64,000 bases of DNA from an uncultured virus (IMG/VR IMGVR_UViG_3300009155_000050) (Duplodnaviria; Heunggongvirae; Uroviricota; Caudoviricetes): positions 1 through 64,000 of the IMG/VR virus record IMGVR_UViG_3300009155_000050, one strand, 5' to 3'. A model generated the notes under the pieces. The model did no database searches. It worked only from the letters and a program-made list of their open reading frames with translations, and was not told the DNA's origin. Shown here in pieces: positions 54,657 through 64,000 of this stretch (the stretch's first letter is position 1; each line of letters opens with the position of its first letter). The position numbers and the translations under genes were made by a program.

Positions 54657-55547
54657 TTAACTGTACTGGCTCCATAAAGTAGCACTATTCGTTATAATCC
54701 TATCATGCCAGTCATAACATTCGATGTAACCATACTCTGTATCCAAGTTAGTCCCAAAGATCTCAGGGTCATCTGTGCCTAAGGTAAGTCGGCACTTGTG
54801 TTTCATAAAGTCGTGGACAGGATGTTGTGAGACATCGGAGATGGTGCCGGTAGCTAGGTTACTAGTAATGGCCATATCGATGAAAATACCATTATCCTCA
54901 ACCAGTTGATAGAATTCTTTAAATTGATTTAAATAAATACCGTGCGCCAATCCGTCAATCAAGCCATCTTTTAGTAATTGAATGCCGACTATATTTGGCT
55001 GCCTTTCTGCCACATGAGCTCTACGATACTTCCCTTTCATGGCTTTGAGCAAGTCAACGACTAAAGGCTTTTGAAGTCTTCGTTCGTCGCTGATGAAATC
55101 GATTCCACTGATGACATCGGTGACTCTCGATGAACTTAAAGCCCGTATTAGCTTGGTATAATCTCTCTCCACAGACTCATACTTAACACCAAGGAGCAGT
55201 TTAATATTCTGTGATTTATCTAGTATAGAATCTGCAATATGAAAAACAGCGTCTGTATAATTATGGTAAACCGCCAAATACTTATCGACGCTGAAACTTA
55301 AAATGGTCCTGTAGCCTTCGGCATTAATTCGCTCAGTCACGTGATCCAAGAGCAGTTCGACCTTTTCCTCAGTCCAATTAATCAGGTCTAAGCAGTTAAA
55401 TCGACTAAAGAAATAATCAAATGTGCATTTAGCATCAACGCCGTACCGGTACTCATCGTGGAACAGCCGCTTGAGATCGATAGCATCAAAAAACGATTCC
55501 GGGACGCTACCGCCTAGATGACGGTGTGTGTCAATCCGTTTTTTCAT
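54657..55547 (-). CDS. adenosine/AMP deaminase family
   Basis: DTHRHLGGS, GID, AHVAE, HG, TSN, GTDDP. Confidence 0.85.
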   Translation of the reverse strand: MKKRIDTHRHLGGSVPESFFDAIDLKRLFHDEYRYGVDAKCTFDYFFSRFNCLDLINWTEEKVELLLDHVTERINAEGYRTILSFSVDKYLAVYHNYTDAVFHIADSILDKSQNIKLLLGVKYESVERDYTKLIRALSSSRVTDVISGIDFISDERRLQKPLVVDLLKAMKGKYRRAHVAERQPNIVGIQLLKDGLIDGLAHGIYLNQFKEFYQLVEDNGIFIDMAITSNLATGTISDVSQHPVHDFMKHKCRLTLGTDDPEIFGTNLDTEYGYIECYDWHDRIITNSATLWSQYS

Positions 55548-55785
55548 GTAACGCCTGCTCTATTGAATTCATTTGCGCTAGAATTGGCACAGCTTTATTT
55601 AAGTAATTTTTACCATAATGCTGTTCAATGAATTCAATACGAGCCTGATAAGGCATCTGCTCCAGTTGCTTGCTTAACACTAAATTCTGTTCACGAGTTC
55701 GGACTTTGTCCATCGCAAGAAGCGCATGTAGCTTATTATTGAGATTTAACCAAATGTTAGCCGCCGCATTCTGATCCTTGTTCAT
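55531..55785 (-). CDS. hypothetical protein
   Basis: AAGGAG RBS. Confidence 0.6.
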   Translation of the reverse strand: MNKDQNAAANIWLNLNNKLHALLAMDKVRTREQNLVLSKQLEQMPYQARIEFIEQHYGKNYLNKAVPILAQMNSIEQALHEKTD

Positions 55786-55827
55786 ATCAGTCTCCTTTCA
55801 GATATATATCTAAAGGAGTGATCACAA

Positions 55828-56568
55828 ATGTTTCCTACCTTGTTCCACGAGAACGACAAACATCCTTATGGAGGGCTCAATCCGCATTCCATCACTAACA
55901 TCGAAGTATCTAAAGCATTGACAGGCCTGATCAAGCAATTTGGAAACCTTCGACCTGGTAAGCAGATACTAGATCTTGGTTGTGGAACTGGCAGGATCCT
56001 CTTTGAGCTAAAAAACCACATCGTCCCTTCACAATATGTGGGCATTGATTGTAACGATGCATACTTGGATATACTGAAAAAGACCCACGGCGAGCAATTC
56101 AGAACCATCCATATCGATGCCGAGAATCCGGCATTTAACCCCACTGGGGGCATAAAATCTAACGAATTTAGCATACCCCTGCCAGATGGTTCACAGACGT
56201 TAATTTTATGCTTCGCATTATTTAATCATCAGCCTTTCGACTGGATCAACGTGTACCTCAAGGAAATGGATCGTCTTCTTGCAAACGACGGCATTGTGCT
56301 ATCGACATGGTTTTTACTAAGCCGCTATTACGCAAAAGAAAAGCCAAATCTGCAGCACGCTTACCAGTTTAATCACGTTAAAAATCTTGAATATCACATC
56401 GATGCTGCGTGTAGTTATAAAAATCTAGCCTACGCCGAAAGTGACATCCGTGCAGCTATCACACAGCAAAACCTAAGAATAATCGAACCCATCAAATATG
56501 GCCAGTGGGTCAACGGACCGTCAGCTGTCACCGGCCACGACTTCATCATAATGCGGAAGCGCACGTGA
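55828..56568 (+). CDS. class I SAM-dependent methyltransferase
   Basis: ILDLGCGTGR, YVGID, LFNH, YLKEMDRLL..DG. Confidence 0.88.
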   Translation: MFPTLFHENDKHPYGGLNPHSITNIEVSKALTGLIKQFGNLRPGKQILDLGCGTGRILFELKNHIVPSQYVGIDCNDAYLDILKKTHGEQFRTIHIDAENPAFNPTGGIKSNEFSIPLPDGSQTLILCFALFNHQPFDWINVYLKEMDRLLANDGIVLSTWFLLSRYYAKEKPNLQHAYQFNHVKNLEYHIDAACSYKNLAYAESDIRAAITQQNLRIIEPIKYGQWVNGPSAVTGHDFIIMRKRT

Positions 56569-57239
56569 AAATCATAATCATTTTTCATCAAAGCAGAAAA
56601 ACGTTAGCACAAATCCAATACAACCATCTCAGATCGTTCTATAAAGGAGATATACACTATATCTGCCACAATTGCCCAGCACCAGTTGACGAACCATTTA
56701 CCAGAGTCAATATAGAAAAATACAGCCGCCAGCTGCTATTAGACACTCTCATTAACCATTCAGGCCTTGTTTGCATGTTAGATTGTGACCGATTAATCCA
56801 CGAAAAATTTATAACAATCATACCACCTGGCACTGCACTATATCCACGATATCTGTACTACACCGGGCGGCCACATGTTGATTTTCAAACTGACCTCTCG
56901 ACCGCCAAGCACGAAAAATTAATAAATGTATACAAAGAAGTGAACAGCTCCAAAGTGCCTACAAGCGGCACAACTTTAATGTACGTCGAAGACTGGGCCA
57001 AGAGTAAATCAGCGAATTATTTTCAAGGATATGGTTATGGAGACGTAGCTACATTCCTAGATATGCAACGTAACGGCATTAGATTCTTACCGTCTAATGC
57101 TCCAGTGTTACATCTGCACCATGATTATGACATGCCACATACGGAATTCGTAAGACAGAACAAGGCTAATGCATATAAGCTGTCAGCACTGTACCATTTA
57201 CCGATCAGCGATCAAGTTAAGCAACTTCCATCAACGTAG
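56565..57239 (+). CDS. GT-A fold glycosyltransferase-like protein
   Basis: CMLDCD DxD, FQGYGYGD, HLHH; GTG start coupled to the upstream stop. Confidence 0.65.
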   Translation: MKIIIIFHQSRKTLAQIQYNHLRSFYKGDIHYICHNCPAPVDEPFTRVNIEKYSRQLLLDTLINHSGLVCMLDCDRLIHEKFITIIPPGTALYPRYLYYTGRPHVDFQTDLSTAKHEKLINVYKEVNSSKVPTSGTTLMYVEDWAKSKSANYFQGYGYGDVATFLDMQRNGIRFLPSNAPVLHLHHDYDMPHTEFVRQNKANAYKLSALYHLPISDQVKQLPST

Positions 57240-60200
57240 TAATGTAACCGTCTAATTTAATTCCACCGGCTCCAAAATCCTCATCTGATTTTAAGACGCT
57301 AGATATCAAACAACTATCATAGCTTGGATCTATAATACCATTTTTATAAATGCCATCAGGTACCGTGAAGGTGACTTGACCGTCAACTACCTTAACCCCA
57401 TTTAGATCAAGCCTGTAACCCATGCCACTTAAAATGCCGCTACTGAGTCTAAACGCCATGGTAAATGGTCCCGTACTACCAGACGGGACACCAAGAAGTT
57501 CAAACGCTTCTACTCTCGCTGGATCTTCAAAGTAACTGTAAGTGAAATAACCTCGCTCGCTTGGATTACCGGCCGCGACATCTAATATTTCGGTATTCAA
57601 AAACTCAGCAGAAGTGAATAGCGCCGGACTTACATTAATGACATTATCTGTACCAAGTTCACTTAGGCAATCGAAAGAAACATAGGAACGGCTTGGTGCT
57701 TGGTCAAAAATTGTATGTACAATGCCAGATAATTCTATATCTTCCCCTGGTAAATTTTCCAGCGTGTCAATGTCCGCCGGAATTCCGTTGCCGATGATTG
57801 TATAAGGAGTATTGTAACTTGCTGCACTACACAATGAACCGTCCCAAGGCCTAAATCTATATGTCGGACTAGTGAAGGTGGACTTTAGATTACGCATATT
57901 TGGAAATCTGCATCCCGGCAGATGGAAAATGGGATTTACGATATTTAAACTGGGCTTCCGATAAGCTATGAAAGATTCTAGTGGCTTATTCGGATCGAAA
58001 TCATCAGTGAACAGTAATTCTTGTGGACGCAATGCCCTTTCAGTAGTCTTTCTTGTCTGCGGGTCGAACTCCCTGATCTGGACTGCATAACTCCTAGCAA
58101 GGTTACCTAAAAAAGACTGACCTGGTTCTTGCACTTTTAACGGAGTCGTGTTCACCTGACGATCGCTCTGACTACCGTAGCAAGGATCCAAAACTCCAGG
58201 CCGAATGGTCCTGATTCCAAGAGGATAGGTAGCGTAACAGCCAGTCCCAAACACTGCGCCAAAGTTTAAAGTGATCAGCTCGTCTGATAAACACGTTGGC
58301 TGAAGTAGCATATGGTCGGTAGACCTACCAAGATAAAAATAATCTCCAGTAGTAGGAATTTCACATAATGTCGCTGGCGACGTGGTAGCCTGAAGACTGA
58401 AGGCACCAAACATACTATTATCGCCACCGTAGGTCGTGATTATAGCAGGCTCTGGAGAGATAATCTGATTATAGTCCCAATTACCAGCTGCTTTAGTCGG
58501 ACTGTAATACACTAAGTCTGGGCGTTCCCAGTACCCGCCACATGGAGATCGTGCTATGAAGCTGTCGTTGTAGTCGGTTTCATCAGCCCGCCCATTTAGT
58601 GCTATAGTCTGACCTCTCTCGTTATATGGGCAGTCTCCTAACAAAGCTGTAAAATAAGCCGGTCTATAAGATCCATCATTAGCATCACCATATACCACAT
58701 AAATGCCACTACCAGTGGTAGAGTTATAACTCCGATACGCGTTTAATTCATTTAATAAATTATCGATTAAGCGTTTGCGGTACCTGATATCTGCTTCAGT
58801 GTAACCGTAATTGACGGGGTCGTCGTAAGCACATTTACCAGTTTGTGGAGTAAGGATTCTCTGTCGCCCTTCTGGCACCTGCCATTTACCAAAGTCGACC
58901 GTGTGTTTCTGAGGGAAGTCCCCACCAATGCTCATATCTGCTACGAGGTAGCTCTCGGAGATATCGAGCCTGTATCTGACCAGGTTAATGATGCTGTGGG
59001 CTGATTGGACGTTCTGCAGGTACTCCAAGGCAAACAAGATCGTTTTTGGGTTGATGGGATCACCACTGACCTTGTCAATAATTTCGATAGTGGCCCTGTT
59101 GCTGAACAGGTTTTTAACTAATGAGTCTTTGACTACCAGGTCCTGAGTCCAGTAGGTTGCAAACACGTAAAGCCGCAGATTTTTTATCGTATAATCAGCG
59201 TTTGTGTTGTTGTATAGAGGGATATTAATGTTTATCTTGATTCGGTTATTGGTAAGATCAAGCGTTAGGCCATTAGATTGGCCAAATTCATCTCCCCGCT
59301 TAAATTGGTATGGTTGACATAAAATCACTTGATTTTGGTCGCCCGATACGAAATGTTGAGATTCGACGCCATTCGTAATTAGAACCGGAATCGGCGAATC
59401 TATCACGTTAGCGTACGTCTGAGCGACGAATCCTGCTTTGCCAGTGAACCAAGGTGTAGCCGCCAGGCAATCAACTCTCGGATCAATAATACCTGGCTCA
59501 GTGATAAGATTTCCATTTTCGTCGATAATATATGCAGTTTCGTAGTAAGCAGGTGGTACCTCATGTATTACGTCTAAAGCTAAAGCTTTGAGATATTCTT
59601 GCGCCGCTGATCCTTCTATTACTCCAATGACCTGTACCGTTGCACCTCTGTACGAAGACGGTAAATCGTTTCTTAAGGCCGATGGGCCATTGCTGAGGTT
59701 TTTGCGAAGAGGTGCAGTGAAAGAATAGAAGCCTTGTTGGCCTATTGCTTTTATCGAATCATTTAGTAGACTATTCTCAGGAGTCCAGTCATTTATCAAA
59801 ATGTCTGTATACCCGACATATGAAGATGTTAAATATTGCACTCCGTTATAATAATCATTTGGAGCTATGAACTGTTTACCATCTGGTGTCGCCCATAGTT
59901 TCTCTAATTTAATATCATATCCCAATATCTCGAAAAGATAAGTTATCGAATTAAGACTACCGCGGATTCCTTGCAATTCTACGGTTCTACGCAGCAGAGC
60001 CTTACGAATCCCCGCAGTATCGTTAGCTGGAAAATATGGGGCTGCCCAGCCCAAGATATAACTTAGATAAGGGAATGTCTCGTTAGTGCTATTGTAAACG
60101 TAATTTATTTGTGGTATCAATCTCTGTTCGTCATAAATATCCTGAAATATGTCAGTGAATGGCCTGTAAAACTGTAATGTAGGTTCATCTGCTGGATGAG

Positions 60201-60855
60201 CGCCAGTGAAAATGAACGCCGGAGTGCCTCGTTGGAAGAAACTGAGCAGATCACCAGGGTGGTTTAAATTGAGCTGTAATTCGCTCTTGCCTGAAGCGAC
60301 ATCGCTGATGCAATAAAACTCATTGAGAAGCCCCTCAGTCAAAAGCCTAAGATTAAAAGTCGCAGTGTAAGCCGCCCTATAGTGGCCGTTCGGTAGTGAT
60401 CTCGTGTCAATAAAGTGATTAGAGATATCATAGACAATCATATCCTGATAGTATTCCATCCTTACGAGATGACCAGATCTAGCGGTAAACTGAAAAAATG
60501 TTAAGCCTTCGATGGAACAAAAAGAGCCATTCGCTAAATTAATTGCGTAATCGGCTAAGAGCTCAACGCCACCAATCTCAAATTCTACTAACGGATATGA
60601 AGGTATGTAAGCGTTCTCAGACCTTAACAGAGCTGCATCATCACCATATAGGGATATCTTGAATGAATCTATCGGACCACGGTTCGTTATATAGCCATCT
60701 GAGATCGCCCTCGGACAACTTATCACAACCGGATAAGAGAAAGGCTGATAGCATGTGCGATCATTGTTAGTAGGCAATAAATGCAGTTGCGGCTGGTTAC
60801 GATCAATTTTAATGATGGTAGCCCTAAGATCTATACTACATGCGGACTGAACCAT
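57217..60855 (-). CDS. baseplate wedge / P2 gpI-like tail protein
   Basis: FPYLSYILGW...RKALLRRTVELQGIRGSLNSITYLFEILG and later SAH motif; about 1200 aa. Confidence 0.65.
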   Translation of the reverse strand: MVQSACSIDLRATIIKIDRNQPQLHLLPTNNDRTCYQPFSYPVVISCPRAISDGYITNRGPIDSFKISLYGDDAALLRSENAYIPSYPLVEFEIGGVELLADYAINLANGSFCSIEGLTFFQFTARSGHLVRMEYYQDMIVYDISNHFIDTRSLPNGHYRAAYTATFNLRLLTEGLLNEFYCISDVASGKSELQLNLNHPGDLLSFFQRGTPAFIFTGAHPADEPTLQFYRPFTDIFQDIYDEQRLIPQINYVYNSTNETFPYLSYILGWAAPYFPANDTAGIRKALLRRTVELQGIRGSLNSITYLFEILGYDIKLEKLWATPDGKQFIAPNDYYNGVQYLTSSYVGYTDILINDWTPENSLLNDSIKAIGQQGFYSFTAPLRKNLSNGPSALRNDLPSSYRGATVQVIGVIEGSAAQEYLKALALDVIHEVPPAYYETAYIIDENGNLITEPGIIDPRVDCLAATPWFTGKAGFVAQTYANVIDSPIPVLITNGVESQHFVSGDQNQVILCQPYQFKRGDEFGQSNGLTLDLTNNRIKININIPLYNNTNADYTIKNLRLYVFATYWTQDLVVKDSLVKNLFSNRATIEIIDKVSGDPINPKTILFALEYLQNVQSAHSIINLVRYRLDISESYLVADMSIGGDFPQKHTVDFGKWQVPEGRQRILTPQTGKCAYDDPVNYGYTEADIRYRKRLIDNLLNELNAYRSYNSTTGSGIYVVYGDANDGSYRPAYFTALLGDCPYNERGQTIALNGRADETDYNDSFIARSPCGGYWERPDLVYYSPTKAAGNWDYNQIISPEPAIITTYGGDNSMFGAFSLQATTSPATLCEIPTTGDYFYLGRSTDHMLLQPTCLSDELITLNFGAVFGTGCYATYPLGIRTIRPGVLDPCYGSQSDRQVNTTPLKVQEPGQSFLGNLARSYAVQIREFDPQTRKTTERALRPQELLFTDDFDPNKPLESFIAYRKPSLNIVNPIFHLPGCRFPNMRNLKSTFTSPTYRFRPWDGSLCSAASYNTPYTIIGNGIPADIDTLENLPGEDIELSGIVHTIFDQAPSRSYVSFDCLSELGTDNVINVSPALFTSAEFLNTEILDVAAGNPSERGYFTYSYFEDPARVEAFELLGVPSGSTGPFTMAFRLSSGILSGMGYRLDLNGVKVVDGQVTFTVPDGIYKNGIIDPSYDSCLISSVLKSDEDFGAGGIKLDGYITTLMEVA

Positions 60856-60896
60856 CTGCTTCTCCAAAGATACCTAAAATAGATTTAAGGTGACAC

Positions 60897-61391
60897 ATGG
60901 CTTGGTGGCAAAATTCCGGGAATCTATCTTACAAGGACGGCTATGATAATATTTATACCGTTAGCTGGATCAAAAAATCCGCCACTAACCAAGGGCAAAT
61001 GATATTCGACTTCACCACCAAAATACTTGGCCCAATCTGGGGTCAGACTCCGCAAATAAAAATCGCCGCTAATCGCACGCAATTAATCGAGTGCGAACAA
61101 ACTACCATAGAACAAACGATACAAGTCTATGGAGAGTCATTGCCGAGTGATTACAGCCTGACTACAGTGTCCGCTGTGACAGAAATCGTGTACAAGTATC
61201 TCGGTGTTAATTGTGTAGCAAATATCAAGAACCCATTTAAATACGGATTAAATAATGCTATAATAGACAATGACGCAATAGGCGTAGATGGCCCCGGTTG
61301 CTGGAGTGACCCAAATGACCCCAACAGTGTAATATGGAACGATGTTGGTTCAGGCGATTTGTTCTGGGTAGATGTGTGGGGCCCATCGTAG
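60897..61391 (+). CDS. hypothetical (possibly virion) protein
   Basis: AAGGTG RBS; AAAGATA box upstream. Confidence 0.6.
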   Translation: MAWWQNSGNLSYKDGYDNIYTVSWIKKSATNQGQMIFDFTTKILGPIWGQTPQIKIAANRTQLIECEQTTIEQTIQVYGESLPSDYSLTTVSAVTEIVYKYLGVNCVANIKNPFKYGLNNAIIDNDAIGVDGPGCWSDPNDPNSVIWNDVGSGDLFWVDVWGPS

Positions 61392-61534
61392 CAGATGAGT
61401 AATGTGGATCTAAGCAACGTGTACAATGGCAGTCCGTTTGCAGTTTTAGGCGCTGTGACACAACCATTAGACTACGTTTATAATGGTCAGCCGTTCACTA
61501 AGACTAGCAGCTAAATTAAATGTGCGATAACCAA

Positions 61535-62236
61535 TCAATATGCTAGATTATTTTTCTTCCTGTAATCAATAATAAGAGAGACACACCATGCAGCATTGCG
61601 CGATAAATTCTCTTCTCGGAAAACAAAGGGTCGCCCATCCACTCTAGTGTGGAACTGCCCACCATGACCGCCAAGCCATGAGCCAACGTACATCTCTTGG
61701 TCAAGCTTAGGAAATTCACCGCTTTTATTAGTGCCGTACAAATATGCTTTATCTGTGCCTTTATCAATTAACAACACAGAATCTTGACAATATTCTTTGC
61801 CTAACTGTATAATCAGATTTTTGAAATCTGGGTCATCTTTAAGATTTACCACGAACATGCTATCTTCTCTAACATCGACTGCTTTGGATGTACCGAAGTT
61901 TTCGGTAAATGATCCATCAACCTCAGTGACGCCACATCCGTGTTGCCGCAAAACTGCCTTAAGATCTCTATTATTGACTTTATTGATTTCGCTATAAAGT
62001 CCGCCATAATTTTTGATAAATTCATACCTATCGTTTATAGCTATTTCTCCGCTTTTATTATGCATAATCGTATCGATATTGCGCTGCTTAAGTTTCTCAA
62101 CAGCTGTAACGTCAGCTGCGCAAGCAGTTAAATCGCACGGGTTTTGTCTGTGTGCTGTTATTATTGCGCAATCATGCTGTGTCATGCCGCTGTGTGTCCT
62201 CGATAAACCACTTTCACAAATGTCTTTAAGTCTCAT
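61535..62236 (-). CDS. SAM lyase (T3 SAMase-like) with capsid-targeting-like N-terminus
   Basis: AIITAHR, DGSFTE, REDSMFVV, LGKEYCQDSVLL follow the order of T3 SAMase VLVSAFR, GCYRE, EEKTVRV, EWEQDCVLV; starts MRLKDICE. Confidence 0.7.
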   Translation of the reverse strand: MRLKDICESGLSRTHSGMTQHDCAIITAHRQNPCDLTACAADVTAVEKLKQRNIDTIMHNKSGEIAINDRYEFIKNYGGLYSEINKVNNRDLKAVLRQHGCGVTEVDGSFTENFGTSKAVDVREDSMFVVNLKDDPDFKNLIIQLGKEYCQDSVLLIDKGTDKAYLYGTNKSGEFPKLDQEMYVGSWLGGHGGQFHTRVDGRPFVFREENLSRNAAWCVSLIIDYRKKNNLAY

Positions 62237-62288
62237 GATACACCTATGTGGCACCATTAAATGTTAGCGGAAAGGTCATACTGTATAT

Positions 62289-62549
62289 TCACTCGCTGTC
62301 GTCCGCAAGTCGCCTAGCAAGATAAGCTACCTCATAGTCTATCGTACCTTTTAGATGATTAATAACACTATCAGTAGTTGAATAGTCTAAGTATGCAAGT
62401 TCAATGATAATATTCCAAGCTTCTGGATTAGGATATAAAATCAACGTTAGATATCTCTTACTAAAGCGGTGTTTCCATCCCGTAGGCAATAAAGACTTGA
62501 TAATTGGCTTAATTAATCTCTTTGCGATATAAAATTCTGTTTCATTCAT
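62289..62549 (-). CDS. hypothetical protein
   Basis: ORF. Confidence 0.5.
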   Translation of the reverse strand: MNETEFYIAKRLIKPIIKSLLPTGWKHRFSKRYLTLILYPNPEAWNIIIELAYLDYSTTDSVINHLKGTIDYEVAYLARRLADDSE

Positions 62550-62591
62550 GGCTTTAAGTAAATCGTCATTTCCTTGCTTATCAATAAACCA

Positions 62592-62918
62592 TTAATACAT
62601 AGCAATAGCCGTATGATTGCTCTGCCGGATTAACTTCTTGCCGTACTGGTCAGATATTCATCGAGTTCTTGTTTCGCCTTCTTCATCTAAGAATGTCCAT
62701 GGTATTTGTGGGTACTCTGCTACGTAACTCGCTATAGCTTCAGCAACATGTGGCTTTTGTGCTAATCTATCTTTAGCTATAGCGCATCACCACAAATAAT
62801 ATTCACCCCCAGTAGGATCAACCGCTATGATTCTGTCGATTATCGGATTGCCTTTACCCGATTGCTTGTCTAGCCATAATTTATTAAGTCTGGCCTCTAA
62901 AATAATAGACAGTTTCAT
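62592..62918 (-). pseudogene. truncated fourth MKLSxILE paralogue
   Basis: MKLSIILEARLNKLWLDKQSGKGNPIIDRIIAVDPTGGEYYLW then TGA at 62787-62789; second in-frame TGA at 62658-62660. Confidence 0.8.
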
Positions 62919-62998
62919 TAAATATCATCTAAAATGCTAAAGTACTTTCATTTGCGCATTAAATAGATAATCACACCAATTCGCATAGGCTTAAACAG

Positions 62999-63026
62999 CA
63001 ATGCCCCGGATTGCTCCAGGGCATTG
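62999..63026 (-). terminator. terminator after major capsid gene
   Basis: CAATGCCC..GGGCATTG stem followed by CTGTTT on the minus strand. Confidence 0.65.
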
Positions 63027-63052
63027 AGATTCCGTATTATGTAACCATCTGA

Positions 63053-64000
63053 TTAGAGATTGGTGACGTTGATGGTACCGTAGTAGAGGCCGCCGTCTTC
63101 GATCAGCTTCTTACCGTAACGGGTCATGATGCCCTTGTTAGGTGTGAAGCTGTTGGGGTCGAGAACGGTTGGGGTGGAGAGAAGCGGAATGTAAGGCGCG
63201 TAGAAATAGCCCGCATCGAGAACGCTCGATCCCTTGAACCCGAGGAGGATCTTACAGTTGGGGAAGAGGGGGTCCTTGTAGAGGCGCATCTTGCCTTGGA
63301 TGGTACCAATGTTCATGATGCCGATGTCAACACCTTCGGTGGTGAGCGCATCGCTCGCACGGAAGTCGTTAAGCTGCTCGAACTTGGAAGCGATGTCAGA
63401 AGACATCACCAACCAGTTGGCAGGGCCACGGAGGGTGGTCCGGTGGATGATGTTAGCCACTTCGAGCGTCTTGTACATCAAAGCGATGTTGCGGTCGGTG
63501 TAGTTAACGCTAGCACCAGCAGCGGTCGCAAAGTTGTGTGTCGCACGGATGGAAGCGGCAACGATGAGGTCGTTGATGATTTCACGGTCGATTTCGGCGA
63601 CCATTTCATCGGCCATGAGGTCGGTGAGGGTCGATTCGGCATCGATGTTGTGAACTGCCTTAAGATCCTGAGCGGCTTCCAAAGACCAAGAGGTTTTAAG
63701 CTTACGGGTGATAGCTGCAACGCTGTCACTGTCGATGCTTAAGGTCACTTCTGGTTGGAAAGGGTTAGCTTCGAGATCATACTCGTAGTTAACGTACGCT
63801 ACGGCGCCAACTGGGAACGAGCCTGCGCGCAAGGTCACGGTAACTGCACCGGTGGTGCTGTTGAAAGCCGTGGCGCCTGGGGTAGCGGTGTTTACGGCGA
63901 TAGTGCTGGTGAAGCCCGTGCAGTCGCCGATCAGGATGACGTCAGGTGAGCCTGTGCTATCGAAAGAAACCCTGAGGCAGGGAGTTGCGTCGTTGCAATC
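63053..64000 (-). CDS. gp23: major capsid protein, T4 gp23-like (5' part outside window)
   Basis: TRKLKTSWSLEAAQDLKAVHNIDAE...EIDREII, GYFYAPYIPL, DPNSFTP..GIMTRYG; frame open to the window end. Confidence 0.95.
   Translation of the reverse strand, partial: DCNDATPCLRVSFDSTGSPDVILIGDCTGFTSTIAVNTATPGATAFNSTTGAVTVTLRAGSFPVGAVAYVNYEYDLEANPFQPEVTLSIDSDSVAAITRKLKTSWSLEAAQDLKAVHNIDAESTLTDLMADEMVAEIDREIINDLIVAASIRATHNFATAAGASVNYTDRNIALMYKTLEVANIIHRTTLRGPANWLVMSSDIASKFEQLNDFRASDALTTEGVDIGIMNIGTIQGKMRLYKDPLFPNCKILLGFKGSSVLDAGYFYAPYIPLLSTPTVLDPNSFTPNKGIMTRYGKKLIEDGGLYYGTINVTNL

Noticed and set aside
62658..62789. TGA readthrough restoring the fourth paralogue
   Set aside because: The sequence after the first TGA no longer matches the paralogues and a second TGA follows; decay is the simpler explanation.

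Overview
This is a 64 kb segment of a large T4-like (gp23-type capsid) myophage genome, not a cellular chromosome. (1) 1-12 kb is an early region of about 30 small genes plus tRNA-Leu(UAA), a DUF932-like gene and an SF2 helicase. Most of these genes sit behind a copy of a non-canonical promoter, GGGGATTT-N17-TG(T/C)CA(C/T)AAT. (2) 12-24 kb holds a ligase-like nucleotidyltransferase, a Panacea/YwgA antitoxin-like gene, a MoxR AAA+/DUF2201-VWA pair and RarA. At about 16.6-16.7 kb the + strand flips abruptly from A+C-rich to G+T-rich, which suggests an origin or joined termini. (3) 27-38 kb is a nucleotide-sugar/glycosyltransferase cluster. (4) 38-64 kb contains late and structural genes: tail-fibre-like, baseplate-wedge-like, gp2-like and major capsid. 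Many late genes begin with an MKLxxI(L/I)E peptide resembling the T4 capsid-targeting/prohead-protease site. They include a T3-like SAM lyase, an ADP-ribosyltransferase-like protein, a papain-like enzyme and three repeat-containing paralogues. Best candidate for a new system: the 604-aa late protein at 45012-46826 aligns by eye to sigma70 regions 2, 3.2 and 4 and carries protease-type sites at both ends. It has His and Leu at the positions of E. coli sigma70 Q437 and T440, where Q437H and T440I are known to admit a C at -12, and the early promoters have C at -12. The hypothesis is a virion-packaged, injected sigma factor that turns on the phage's own early promoters. All family calls are by-eye motif recognition; no database searches were run.
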